In this document: one piece after another, positions 12,913 to 27,224 of the stretch
How positions within the stretch are numbered: the first letter of the stretch is position 1
Layout: each line of letters starts with the position of its first letter
Source: Octopus vulgaris
Lineage: Eukaryota
NCBI GenBank assembly: GCA_951406725.2
Contig: OX597818.1
Location: 68,014,001 to 68,078,000 of the forward strand
DNA: 64,000 nucleotides
Reading direction: 5' to 3'
Translations under genes and position numbers: made by a program
Notes under the pieces: model-generated
Databases searched by the model: none
The model's input: only the letters and a program-made list of their open reading frames with translations
Told to the model about the DNA's origin: nothing

Positions 12913-14339
12913 CCATAATATATACATACACACAAATACAAATATACATACAAGACTTGCAGAGAACCAAATCAGTGGCTTTTCTCCAGGGAAAATAGCA
13001 ATGTCTTGGAGAGAGACGACTTGTATGCATGGCGAACAGCCAATCTCCTTCAAAACGTGTTGCCCAGCCTTTTATATATGCATAGTCAACATTAACCAAT
13101 AGATTCCCTATAAAATGATAGCAAAGAATATCCATGATCTAGTGAAAGAGCAACTATATGGTCTCTCAGCGTACATGAGATAGCAGTTAAATTACTTTAA
13201 AAATCATACTCGCATGGCCTTATAACACAGAAGGACCCATTAGATAACGTACTTCTAGCTTTAAATCCCTCAAACAAAAGATGCGAAACTCATTCGGGGC
13301 AGACATAAAGTAAGAGAATTATTTTTATGAGCATTTGCATAGAAAAATGCTTTTAAATTTAGGCAAAATGCAAGCAAATTTAGGGATGGGCTTTGGTTGA
13401 TTACATTGATCTGGGTGTCGATGGGTACTTTTTCATCAACCCAATTCCAAAAGCCCAAAAGGATGGGTGGTCATGTTGATATCAGTTGTATTTGAAGTCA
13501 GAACATAAAAAGCCACAAGAAACGATACTAAATATTTCATCCGATTTGTTAATGATTCTACCAGCTTGCCACCATTTTGCAAAGAAACAGATGAACAGAA
13601 AACAACAAAAAGAAATTCAAAAACATATAAGAAGCATTCTTGCAATGTTGAATGCTGTTTACCAGAAACGAATTCCGGGTTAAGAATTTAAGTTGATTGA
13701 TTTATTCTAGGTCATGGTATAGTTTGATCTTTAGCACCGTAATAGCTTCGCTGAATATCTGATCTAATATAAGTGATTGTACACATGTGTGAAAATATCA
13801 ACAAATTTCATAGAAAGTGAAAGCTATGACGATAGAAATTTTGCCAACTGAAGTTGTTAGCAACATCAATTGTGCAGAATTAAACCCGGTAATAGTTTTG
13901 ATTTTGACAAGTAAAATTTCATAATGACACATATTGTTGCATCTTAACGTCATAACAAATAGTTTAGGAGGTGTGTGAATATGATCACAACAGCTAGACT
14001 GTTGTTAGTGTAGGAGCTGGCGTATGGCCGTGTTTGTGCGTAAGTGTATGTGTATGTGTGTGTGTATGTATGTAGGTATGTGGGTAGGCTGTTGAATGGA
14101 AAATGCTTAGTATGGTTGGACATAAATGTACTGGCAAAACGCTAAAAAGGAAAGAAAAATGTATGAAAACAAGTTTCTTTATTTGTATCATTCAGAAATA
14201 ATTCAGATAATCTCGTTATATGACAAAAAATATAAATAAATAAGTACAAAAATGCAAGAATGAAAAATACAAATAGCAAGTAAAAAACATACGCAATTTA
14301 TATGTATATATGTCTATGTGTGTCTGTGTGTGTCAATTG

Positions 14340-14408
<69 letters not shown>

Positions 14409-14887
14409 TGTAAATGCATACATACACAAACATAGATACAAAACAAGCTCTGATTAACATATAGTTTTTGCTAGTAAATATTCGACTATTTTCTCATCAC
14501 CTCACCGGATCTTGACGTATATATCAACTTGAATGATTTATAACCTCCCCTACTGTCTGATATTCTCAATAATATCATTTCCAAATGATACTTCGTGTAT
14601 ATATTTACGATCATTTGTTATTACTCTTTACTCTTACTTTTTCTCTGTATTTTGCCTTTTTTTTGTTTTGTTTTTGCATTTCTTTTTTTTTTTACTATGT
14701 ATTTATCTTTTGTTATTTTTGTAATCATTCATTTTAAATGGTTTGCATTATTCGTTTACACACCACACACACACGCATATGTGTGTGTGTGTGGTGTGTG
14801 TGTGTGTGTGTGGTGTGTGTGTGTAGGTGTACAAATATAGGCATATATGTTTGTGTATGTATATATGAATATGTATGATTATGTACT

Positions 14888-14992
<105 letters not shown>

Positions 14993-15537
14993 GTATGTAT
15001 ATATGAATGTATATACAAACACACACATATATATATATGTATGTATATACAAACACACGCACACAAATATACATATATATATATATATATATATACATAC
15101 ATACATATATACATGAATACATACATACATACATGTATATATGTATGATTGTTTGAGGGGGTTGTTTTGTCTTGTTTTTTTGTTTGTGGCATTGTGTTAC
15201 TTAAAGAGAAATAAATATTTACTGAATCTATCAACATCGCTGCCGGATCTTGTGCTTTTGCTATCTTATTTTGAGTTATTTTCAGTTCAGCAGGTAAGCG
15301 TTCATTAATTAGTCTACCTTGCAAATTTTGCCATGCGGAAGTTGTACCATTGATTATTTATGAAGCCTACCCTACTGCGATCTGAACTATTTACTGCAAT
15401 AATTATGGACCTTAAACTCTCTGTGTCTATTGCACAACAGACTAAACAATAATCGACTGTCTACCTTGCTATCATTAATTTGCCTCTCTTATTAACATTA
15501 CACACAGCTGACCACATGATATTTTGTACAAAATATA

Positions 15538-15803
<266 letters not shown>

Positions 15804-16104
15804 AATTTATTATGTATTTTTGTTTTTATTCCTCTTCTCTCTCGAAAAATTCTGCTTCCTCATCAATCTTATTATACAACACAAATAACTCGCAGCTAAA
15901 ACTAAACAGCAACGCAGAGTACACAATACGTTATTCAACCTGTTTAAAGTACAATGCTTCAGTGATGCGAAATAAAGTACAAATGACAATGATATAAGTA
16001 AGACAAGGATTACAGGTTCAAATCAGCATTGCCGGGACTACTATCAATCAACATATGCGACCTCAAACTACGCATTACATTTAAGTTCTTCTACACCGCT
16101 TCTT

Positions 16105-16386
16105 TTGTTTGTTCCTTCTCAAGCCATGCCTGGCTCATAAGGGCCGGTTTCCCGGTTTCCTTGGCGTATAGGTTCCCCACCTGGACGGGACGCCGGTCCG
16201 TCGCAGGTAAGCTGCAAGATGCAGGAGGAAAGAGTGAGAGAAATTTGTGGCGAAAGAGTCAGCAGAAGTTTGCCATTACCTTCTGCCAGAAGGTAATAAA
16301 CACACACATCGCCAGGTCTGAGATTCGAACCCGCGATCCCTCGACCGCGAGTCCGCTGCTCTAACCACTAGGCCATGTGCCTCCAT
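16105..16386 (-). mobile_element. SINE family C (tRNA head, V-domain-like centre)
   Basis: Reverse complement: ggaggcacatggcctagtggttagagcagcggactcgcggtcgagggatcgcgggttcgaatc...cctgcgacggaccggcgtcccgtccagg. Confidence 0.87.
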
Positions 16387-16549
16387 ATACCTTATCTACC
16401 ACACCTATCTACACTTGTACTATCTAGGCTTACAAGCATTCAGCTCTTTGGCATCTATATTATCACACCTGGTTATTGAGCAGTTCTACACCTGTAACTT
16501 CTCACTTGAGCATTGAGCTCTTCTGCACCTGTCCTATCACAAATGAATA

Positions 16550-16708
16550 TTGTGAGTTCAAATCCTGCCAAGGTCAGTTTTACCTCCACCCTTCCAGAGC
16601 TGATAAAAGGTTTTGGATTGGTGAAACCGAAAGAACATTAGAATAACTGACTTGTGGTATTTGTTCCATCTCTTTGTGTTCTGAATTCAATCACGACCAT
16701 CTCCTACT
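16550..16708 (+). repeat. 159-bp segment duplicated in inverted orientation at 26509-26667
   Basis: Manual alignment to the reverse complement of 26509-26667 shows about 3 mismatches. Confidence 0.93.
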
Positions 16709-16826
16709 AGGATGATAGACTTAACCCCTTACACTATTTAACTGAGGATCCTTTAGCTGAGCTGTCCACTCTGTTAGTCAAGCGATGGCGGTCGCGCACA
16801 CACACACAAATTTGCACACACACACA

Positions 16827-16866
<40 letters not shown>

Positions 16867-17049
16867 TCTAAGCAGCTAGGTGAGAAGTGGATATTTCAAA
16901 ACTTCATTACTGATGGAGGGCTGTCCAAAATCGGAAAGAAAAAGAACATAAGACCTTCATTGGCTGAAGTTAACCACGCATCTGCAAGGTTGAACAGGAT
17001 ATTTTGAGGAAGGAAAAACATTGCTTATGAATGAAAGTTTGCCTCCATA

Positions 17050-18300
17050 TCACCAATGCTTATTAGATAGAAAGACCACCGATTGGAAGTGATGTAGTCT
17101 GGCACCAATGTAAACGCAGGAATTACTGTCAGAATGAAACGAAATAGAAAAGATGTCACAACGTATCTCATTCACCCTTTCAACAGTTCTGGCAATTTCA
17201 CTATTCATGAGAACGAGAGAAACTGTTTAATGTGCCCTGCCTATTTTAAGTCACAAAGGCGAGATGTGAGGAGCATGTAACAGCATTTTCTAGAAGGCTG
17301 AACAACCACATAAAAACTTCTTCACTGACTCGTCATAGGTCATGGTACAGAAATTGGAATCAACGAAAATGGATAACCCTCATTTTCATTGGCATTGTGT
17401 ACCTAGGACTATATTATTATCAAATGTATTCTCTCTTGTAAATATTCATGCTCGTGAATTTGAGTATGGTATGCCTCCTCGTCTTCCCATCAGGTCAGTG
17501 CCATCTTACAGCATGGGTACTCTGAGCAGTTGCCTAGAGCCTCACGAGCCTAAAGGCCCAATTCTAATCTATGAATGCTGTAGCGTTCTATCACTAGATG
17601 GATATTATAGAGGTACAGAGCATGGATTTTCCCGAGATCCCATAATGCGGCCGAGATGGCTCTGCATCGGGTGATTGTTATGATAATACTCCAAATACTT
17701 TGACGTCATTCACTTCTAGTACTCTGTGGAAACATGTTTGGTTCATTACTTTGCTTCGAACCAGATAAGGAATGGCGGCGGATAGAGAATCTGGCTGTAT
17801 AAAGTCTGTCTCAATAAACTGCATCTGAGCCACGCAAGTATGGAAATATATGCATTAAAACGATGAACTGCATGAGAATTACTTATGGAGTCCTGGCTGC
17901 TATTTCTAACATGATAACCAACCACATAGATTCAGTCTCCTTGGCTTCGCACCAGATAAGTTGCGCAACTGTGTGGGATTCTGCTGAAATACTGAAGTGC
18001 AACAGGCTTTTGTTCACAGTTGCAGAACGTATTGAATTTGAAAGCATGGAAAGCCGTATAGCATGATGAGACATTCATAGGATATCAATTCCTTGTTTTA
18101 AGCAAAACAATGGAGCAGGAAATAGCTGCATGCCTTGAAAGAATAAGCAGAGGCTGAGAGAGTGTTGCGAGAATTTGGAAAGAATTCATGTAGAAGGATA
18201 CTATTTTGCAATCCCATCCAAGCCACGCCAGTATAGGAAAATTGGCACAAAAACCAATGATGAGGATAATGAAATACTGCCATTGGGACATGGACCAAAT
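17050..18300 (+). mobile_element. Highly decayed RTE-clade LINE, endonuclease to RT N-terminal region
   Basis: Weak remnants such as VIGHGT..INENG and AERVL (cf. AExILPESQCGFR). Collinear with the RT remnant at 21900-22900. Confidence 0.4.
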
Positions 18301-18349
18301 TAGCTATTCAAACATGCATACATATATGGTGCACAAACGCACGTATACT

Positions 18350-18399
<50 letters not shown>

Positions 18400-18679
18400 G
18401 TCTGTTTGTGAGGATGTTGTATGAATGCAGGATATGTGCATGTATATTGTGTAATATCATATGTCTGTATCTATGTGTGAATGTGAGAGAGTGTGCGTTA
18501 GTATGGATGTCGTATTTGCTTCTGATTTCATGCAAGGTTGCAAATTGTTCAATACGCACCAGTGTTAGAAGTGTGTGTCGTCTGTTATAACAGTATTGGA
18601 AACGGTATCTAGTTTACCAGCATACAGTTGTATACAATAACTACACACAAATACAAAATTTATGTATAACAACATACAC

Positions 18680-18743
<64 letters not shown>

Positions 18744-19090
18744 GTATCTGTGCATGTATTATATATTTTTATTTGCTTAATTTAAACGTCCATATAAAGA
18801 CTGTAGCCATGAGAAAGGTAGAAAAATGTATAATATCTCTTATCCAAATGAAACAAACACCTGAAAAGAAGAAAAAAGATGCGAGAAAAATAAAATGTTT
18901 CGAGATAGATAACAGTAAAGTATTTCTTTCGCTAAATTCTTTTGTTGCCTGCAAGGATAGAAAGATGTCATTTAGGGACAGTAGTCACGTCTCCCTCTCA
19001 TCTCCCATTTTGTTTTAAAAGAAAAGATACAATCTATTTCATCATCATCGCAATGATGATAATAATAACAACAACAACAACAACAACAAC

Positions 19091-19148
<58 letters not shown>

Positions 19149-19194
19149 TTAATAATAATAATATTAATAATAATGATAAAAATGATAATTTCAG

Positions 19195-20400
19195 TTATTT
19201 GACACAAGGGCGAGGGGGACAATACATGAAGTGTGGGGATTTACATATAATGATTAAAAAAATTAAAAGGGACATATGCTTAGCATACAAAGGTATAAAA
19301 ATAATCATTTTTAAAAGGATGACAGATGATAGAAATGTGGCCCTCCTGATACTGGAACGCCTCTGGAGATAATCGAGGAACTCCACTGTCCGGTATTTCC
19401 CTGACACCCCAGGAGCAAGTGCCCTCTCCAAATCCTTCTCTCCGACTCACAGGCCTACACTTAGAGAGGCGCCATCCATTCTTGCCATTTTCGCATCATT
19501 CACCCACCTTTCAATAAACTCACTCAAGGACAGCACTTCCTTCTCCACTTTCAATTTCCTTTTCAAGGGAAACTTGAAGATGTCAATGAGAGTTCTACCA
19601 AAGAGGAGTATATCTGTCCTCATGCCTGTTAGATTTGTCCACTAAAGAACCTCTTTCGCCAGAAGCCACCAGGCAAAAGGAAAACTGCCTTGCCTGCCCG
19701 ATTGAAAGAGGGCCTCAGTGCAATCCTTGCCACAGACTCGACCGACAGACGGATCCGTCCCACACGTGACAGCAGCTGTTCAACATAACCCCACGAGTCA
19801 GCAATGCTCGGACACTGACCGAGGTTGCGTCACTATGCGCGCACCTCGAGCAAGTCTGTCTAACAGCACACCCGTGCCTGTAGAGTTTATCTCGAACCGG
19901 TAGCGCCCCCTGGCAGCGCCCCACCCCCCTTAATGTCCCCCGGTAGCACTGCCAGGCCAAGGAATTATGGATATTATGCATGATAGTTCTCGACCGGAAC
20001 GTCCTGCGGAACAGACTAGCCAGTTCGTTCTCATCGGCACCTAGTCTCCCTGAGAACGTTGTCGCACTTCCCCGCCTCTAATCCTCTATAAATTTCTAAA
20101 GCGGAACATCCACCGATCCCATTGTCCGACTGGTAGAGGGTTGTGAGCGTCGGACGACATTCTAGATACCAGGCGCCTAGTCTCGGTCTTTTCTTCCCCA
20201 TGGACAGCAGCTCTGTCAAGGAGACGAGCTGCAGAAAGACGAGCCTCACAAACGAAGTAAACACACACTCACCGTCCAGAAATCGTTGCAGGTGGCGTAA
20301 ACCAAACACGTGCCTGCGCATTAGGAGCCCCGCCATACCTAATCCGCCACTCAGAAGGCACTGGCAACAGACTGACCACCTGACCATTGGAACGCGTCCC
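19195..20400 (-). mobile_element. 5'-truncated Tx1-clade LINE: ORF2 C-terminus (zf-RVT region) plus 3'UTR ending at a (TTA)n tract
   Basis: GRVPMVRWSVCCQ..GGLGM..L; SLAWQCYRG..LPVRDKLYRHG..TCSRC; terminal FIERWVNDAKMARMDGASLSVGL* (stop 19447-19449). Frameshifted. Confidence 0.85.
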
Positions 20401-20589
20401 AGTATACTGGGCTTCATATATTTTACCCAGGTGTCACTTTGATCGTCATTTTTCTTCTGGCGCTGACTTAAGCCGCTCAAACTGATCGCAGTAGATATCA
20501 ATTGTTATCGTTTTGTTTGGGTTTAAAAGTTCAAAGTGGACTAAACCTTTCATACCTCACCAAACAGATAACACCAACTTTACGTGGTT

Positions 20590-21302
20590 AAGATCTTCTT
20601 AAACCTGAGGTGCCATTATTTCTACTTTCCCTACACACAGTCTTTGGCGCTTGACATTTTTATAGAGAACCCATTTCTCATCACCAGTCACTGTTCGGTT
20701 CATAAAAGGTTCATTCATGAGACATGACAGCAAAGAAGAGCACACATTCACTCTCTGTGCGAGATTAGACTCGGAAAGTTTGTGAGGAACGCGTTGACTC
20801 ATTTGGTGACTTCTCCGATGGCACGCAGATGTCAATGAATAGTGGAATCAGCTTCTCTGCTAGTCCCTCAACAGTTACGATGGGATTTCGTTCCACCAGG
20901 TTTTGCGGGACATCCTTGTCGATCTCTACATATCATCCAGGATGAGACTCGTCTTCTAGGCTGTAGTTTCCGGCTTGGAATTTCTGGAACCACAGTTGAC
21001 ACTAGATTATGCTTATCGTCCGATCTCCATATACTACATTAATATTCCTCGCACTTTCCATTGCATTGTTGCCATTAGTGAACTCATAAAACAAAATATG
21101 CTGAACATGCTCCTTTGTCACTTCTATTATAGCTTTGAAAAAATAACAGTTAAAATCAAACTGCACTCTTGCACTAAGAATAAGTAGAAAGTAAATTTAC
21201 TACCATATTTTATAGCAAATTGATGCAGGTAGTTTATCCCGCGCCCTCCGACTTTTATTTCATGCAACCGATAAAAACCGCATCATTTATGGGAGGACCC
21301 AA
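20590..21302 (-). mobile_element. Mariner (Tc1/mariner) transposon remnant: 5' TIR plus N-terminal half of the transposase
   Basis: TA + TTGGGTCCTCCCATAAATGATGCGG terminus at 21273-21304; HILFYEF, WFQKF..G..SLED, RVPHKLS (WVPHEL motif), TVTGDEKWVLY. Confidence 0.88.
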
Positions 21303-21899
21303 TATGTGTGTGAGTGTGTGTGTGTATTAAATTTAATGTACAGAGTATAAAGATTACGAGCTGCTGATAATTTCTTGCTGTGAAGACACGTGTCTAGGTA
21401 GGCTTTTATAATACAGCTTATGTGTCCAAGCTTATTCATATATAGACATTAGCGACTGAAGCAATATTAATACCGAGATGCAACATTCATCTCCACTTAA
21501 ACATGGATGTTTTCTTAGGAAATACCATGGTGAGGTATTTGCTATGAGAGAAACTCTCATATTGATATTTTAGTGCATAATGGACTCCTTTTATCGCTAG
21601 CTGGGAGGTAAATCCCCGCTGCTTCCAACGCCGAGACCAGCACACCATGTGATTTCAACTTCTTTTGCCTTTTCAAGAATGGACAATCGACACTAATGCC
21701 TGTTCTTCCAATCTATATATCGCTTTCAGGGTGATCGATCGCTTCTGCCTCTAGCGGTCCAGAGACCAACATTGACAAGACTAATCAAGGTCGAAGCCAC
21801 GTGATTTGGTGGTCTCGGTGTAAGAGGTGGCGAGGATTTCTCTTCTCGCTAACAATACATACATAGGTGCAATAAGCATCAAAAAGCCATTACTAGAGC

Positions 21900-22900
21900 C
21901 TTTCTCATGATAAATACCGCAGTATAGTTTATACTAAGAGAGTATATACGTTCAAGAGGAGATAAATATTAACTTTTGTTTCTATATGTCCTTAATCACG
22001 CCCTCTTGGAGATGGATTGTATCTGAGATAGAAAAGTGACGGACCATTCTTTGACACCAGAGAGACTCTCACTTGAACCGTCGCTCAGCGACAACTGAGC
22101 TGCCGCATTACATTCTAGGACTAAGTTTCAACTCTATGCCCACTGTTTCGAAGATGCTTGTCAATTGTTTCAACTCAGAATAAGTCTCAACAAAACAGAA
22201 GTTCTATACTATGAAACTCTAGAAATAATAGCCCTGTTCCCTCCTCAAATGTGTTCACAGGGGAACCAGATGGGAATTGTCCACGACCTCCTCGTCTACC
22301 GTGAGAGTGTTATCACACCTGATGGATCCTCTCGCTAAGGAGATAACTGAAAGTATCAATAAAGCTTGCCAGTCATTGGGTTGTATCCAATCATTTATAC
22401 TGAGCCAAATAAATATCGATCAAGCAATTGAAATTAACGAGTTCGAAGCGGTTGCAATCACACACCTCTTCTATAAATACAAAATCTGGAAACTCTTCCT
22501 GTATGCAGGAATATTTCCACATGAAAACTCTCCAATAAAGTATGTTTTTCAGGTGGCCGGACAAGACGTGAAAGTTGGAAGCGTTGCCCAGAGCCAGTTT
22601 TGTCGGTTTTAAGAAAATAGTGTTGACGATTCAGCCACTTTGGACTGAACTCATTATATGCATGGATGGGCCCAGCTTACCTTGTCACGTAACTTATGGA
22701 ACATTTTCTAACGCGCAACGAAGCGTGGCATGTTTTAAACATTAGAGAATTGTTATTTTGAAGCACCGTAGCGCGGGGATTCGGTGAAAAATTAATAACA
22801 GAAAATCGTTTGATGCAATATTCATGCTTTGCCGAGCGAGAGATAATTTAGACGAGAATGAGCGGTAGGGAAAATTCAAGAATAATTACTACTATTAATT
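21900..22900 (+). mobile_element. Decayed RTE/BovB-like LINE RT C-terminal region
   Basis: DGLYLR*KSDGPFFDTR, FQLRISLNKTEVL, EITESINKACQSLG. Confidence 0.6.
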
Positions 22901-23479
22901 TCATAGCTAAGAAAACTTTGACCGTCGCTAGAAGGGTGAGAAGACCTAAACCGTGACGTCACCAAAACTCCTCGAATGAGACGGAGCTTATTCAAGCGGT
23001 ACGAGATCCTTGGTCATCGAATACGGTTGTTAAATCAATGCTCTCTTGCAATCTGTTAATAAAGATGAAATACCAAGAAATATATAATGTCCTGTCATTC
23101 GCACAAACCTTGATGAAGGCAATATTTATTGAAATATATTGTTTTTAGAATGAGGAGTTTATTTTATTTTAAACGAGGTACAATGGGTACATGATAGAGA
23201 CAAAATAACAATTGTACAGAATGTTTTTCCATTTCGAATTTTTTATGTATTTCTATAATACGTCATGTTCCTTATGGGAAAAACTGAAAAATTATTGAAA
23301 TAGATCTACCGGTATGACATTTTCTGTGAATAATGGAATCCTAGAACACATAGTGAGCAAGGAAGATTTAAAAATATGAAATTGTTCCGACAAGCAATCC
23401 AATGAAAGCGAACACTCATTAACCCGATATAAAAAAAAACACACACAAAAAAACACATTTCAATAAAATATCAATTCTT

Positions 23480-24330
23480 CCGAAACTTCATGAAGCTTTT
23501 AATGTTCTAACATTGTGATACTTACATTAACCTTCCTGCAAAAGATGTCCTCAATACATAGAAAAAGAGCCTTCACTCACACATGAAAACCTACAATACT
23601 ATTAAGTGAAAGAATCTGCTTCGTGTGTACAGCTTCTGCAAATACCGTGCACGCGATGTATTGCCTTCACTACACATTTTGGCCATCCTTTATTACACAA
23701 CATACGTATAAGGGAGTTTCTACCAACACCTTTTTATGCCTTTTGATCATTCCCCTTTTGCATAAGAGGGACCTGTGTTCTTTCGCATTTGTTATGATTC
23801 AGTATTTGCTAAACTTATATGAACCAGGTCATGTGCATAGAGAAATGCCTATACATAGCCGCTAGTCTTAATCTGTTTTATTAACGTTTGCAAGAGATGA
23901 GAACAAAGCCATAAGCAAACCCTGTCTGCGTGTGAAATTCGTCAATAACTTCATTAGTAGCTCTCACCTTGTTGACTTTACTTCTGTGCATTGCAGGTAT
24001 GGTTCTCACAAGCCCTTCCCTTTTCTCCTCAGAAACCACCAGACTATTGGGTAAGATACCATATCCGCTCCACTTCAGTGACCACCAGACAGAGTTCTTT
24101 CTTTTAGCCATTTACTTCTCTTGCTAATAAGGAGCAGGGTATCACTACGGCCTCTTCCTGAAACAACGGCAACGGCAGTTCACCTAAACTAATTTTCTTT
24201 CTAATCGTTTACACTATAAGTCACTCGTTCAGTAACACTCATAACCTGCTCCTTCAATTCAATGCTTTTGTAGAGGCACCTCTTTAAAACTAAAGCACAC
24301 AGGTTTATATCATAGGATTCCTTGCTTTCC
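23480..24330 (-). mobile_element. Decayed RTE-type LINE RT fragment
   Basis: SVWWSL...LVRTIPAMHRSKVNKVRATNEVIDEFHTQTGFAYGFVL (cf. LVRxVQAMY..SKVRV...EF...GVHQGSVL) and a KGVGRNS remnant. Confidence 0.65.
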
Positions 24331-26508
24331 ATTCTTACGTATCGAATTATTAGTGTTCGCCGTGGAATTTATTTCTTCATTAAAGCCAATTTTTAGGGCA
24401 CAGGAACGCAGTTCCAAATGTGACCTCTTCTGTAGACAGCTCATATATCATACAGATATCTATTTAGATTGAGAATCAAGTTTCACAATACAAAGTATGG
24501 AATCTCTTTAAGTTGGAAAAACAACTTCTTATTGGGCTTAGGATAAGGTTTACTGTTGTCAGTGATATTCTCTAGAGCGATACCTACTAAAGGCTGCGTT
24601 CTCATATCAAATATAAACCTATTTTCTTCAATAGTTCTCAGCCATTTTTAAATCTATCGATTTCGCGTCCTTTTACTTTTACGAACACCAGCGACCCGAT
24701 CTCTCAGTAAATTCTACCTATTACTGAGAAGTTATTTTTCAAAGTAACCAAAATGCGAAATACTCTGAGTTCGCGTACTGGAATACCAACTTAAGATATA
24801 ATCAAGATGTGAAATAATTACTTTGAGGTGACTCGAATCTAAAAGCAATTAATTGGCCGGCGCATTAGAGCATTGTAGTGAATAACATTCGATATTTCTC
24901 CAATTTGTTTGCTCTCAGAGATCGCGTTCCAGTGAGGGCAACTATGCCTTTCATTTTTTCGGGAATTGATAGAACCAATTCCCGACTGGTACCTGGGTAG
25001 AATTATAAAGATATCGCAATTTGTTTTGGCTTTCTTTCTGCGTTCAAGTTCTATTCTACGGATGCGTCTAAAGATCAATCTTGTTAACCGGCAGGTCTGG
25101 CATGGTAAGGAAGTCAAAATTCAAAAACAAAGGCTAACGCCTAATAGATGGTACTTGGTACAGTCAAATGAGCCCTGGCCCCAGCTTTTCTCTGCCCCGA
25201 GAGGCAGGTGCGCTAGTGACGTGTGAATAAATGAATATCATCAAAAACAGAGAGGGTATTCATGTGTGCATAATTATTATATGGATATCCATTCAGAGAC
25301 CAGTGTGTCGGTATTAGCTATTAACTATTTGTAAACATTCGCTAAAATATCTGCTGGTCCACTATAAAAAGTCTTCATCTACAGAATATTATTTTTAATT
25401 CTTGCTGGATAAAAATACAATGAATCTTTATTGATATTTTTGTTAACGTTACTCCGTTTCTTTCGTGTCATCTCCGGTTAGTCTAAGAATCCGTCTAAGC
25501 AACACCCTCACTTCTATCCTAAATTCCTTCAGTTGCCAGATCAATGATTTATTAACACTAATTTCTTTTACTCTCATTTGATTAAATTAACTTCATTGTA
25601 GCTGTTCATTTAATTCAATTTTAATCCATTTAACCGTATTTTACCATCAGCTTTTTCAATCCGTTTCACTTCAGACTGTTTTGAAATAAATTTTGATTTA
25701 CCTTATTCAAAACTCTATCATTTTTATAAGCACATAACACATTTGTCACCCATTTGTATTACATATCTGTTTTTCTCCAGATAATGAAAGTTCTCCTCGT
25801 CGATATCGTCCTTTAACATTCTTCAGCTATCGACATATTTTCTTTAGCCGTTGCCCATCCACTTCACTTCATTCCTCGATCGCCTTAATACAACTGATAT
25901 TATTCTTTCATTCCTTTAACAGAACTTTTTCTATCAGCCTTGCATTCAAATGGATTTTACTTAATAATTGAGAATGCGTCCTTGTAAAAGGATGAATGAG
26001 TGGAGACGTATTTGTGTGAGGGTAAATGTGTATGTGTGTGAGTGAATATATGAGAGGAAAGAAAAAAAAAGAGTCTCATAGCATTGAATATGAACAAGAC
26101 ATATGACACTGCAAAAATATCTCTTTCTCTGGTTTATATCTTTCGTTTTTCATTTATTCATATTTCATATGTCCTCACGCAATATAAAGACAGCAAAAAC
26201 TGTATATATCTAATCGCTCATATATAAAATACAAAAATATAAATATCTCCTTCCCAGCACCCAGTCAGGACCCTGCATTATGTTCAAACTTTTTCACCTA
26301 TTTCTTTTTTATGGACGAAGCCACAAATATATGTGTGAACACACACAACCATGCATACATGTTCATGTGCATATATGTTTACACACACAAATATTTACAC
26401 ACACGTACAGGTTTATATGAATCGTGGTCTCTTTTAATCTTTTACTTGTTTCAGTCATTTGACTGTGGCCATGCTGGAGCACCGCCTTTAGTCGAGCAGA
26501 TCGACCCC

Positions 26509-26667
26509 AGTAGGAGATGGTCGTGTTTGAATTCAGAATACAAAGAGATGGAACAAATACCACAAGTCAGTTATTCTAATGTTCTTTCGGTTTCACCAAT
26601 CCAAAACCTTTTATCAGCTCTGGAAGGATGGAGGTAAAACTGACCTTGGCAGGATTTGAACTCACAA
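26509..26667 (-). repeat. Inverted copy of 16550-16708
   Basis: About 98% identity by manual alignment. Confidence 0.93.
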
Positions 26668-26689
26668 CAAAAAATCGGAATAAATACTA

Positions 26690-27100
26690 TACTCTTTACT
26701 CTTTTACTTGTTTCAGTCATTTGACTGTGGACATACTGGAGGACCGCCTTTAGTCGAAGAAATCGACCCCAGGACTTATTCTTTGTAAGCCTAGTTCTTA
26801 TCTATCGGTCACTTTTGCCGAGCCGCTAAGTTTCGGGGGCGTAAACACATCAGCATCGGTTGTCAAGCGATGTTGGAGGGACAAACAGACACACAAACGT
26901 ATATACACACATACATATATATATATACATATATATAACGGGCTTCTTTCAGTTTCCGTCGACCAAATCCACTCATGAGACTTTAGTCGGCCCGAGGCTA
27001 CAGCAGAAGACACTTGCTCAAGATGCAACATAGTGGGACTGAACCCGGAACCATGTGGTCGGTAAGCAAGCTACTTACCACACAGCCACACCTACGCCTA
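26690..27100 (-). mobile_element. Full-length SINE family B
   Basis: Reverse complement of the family B consensus (ggctgtgtggtaagtagc...gagtaaaagagta). A further family B tail lies at 26427-26510. Confidence 0.88.
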
Positions 27101-27224
27101 CAGTCTGTTTATAGGTTTTCAACAATGTATATGCGTTGAATTTGAAACACAGATTGCTATTTTAATCTTGTAGTACTTCTGTTGCTCATAAATAATGTAT
27201 GTATGTACGCATGTATAACGTATA

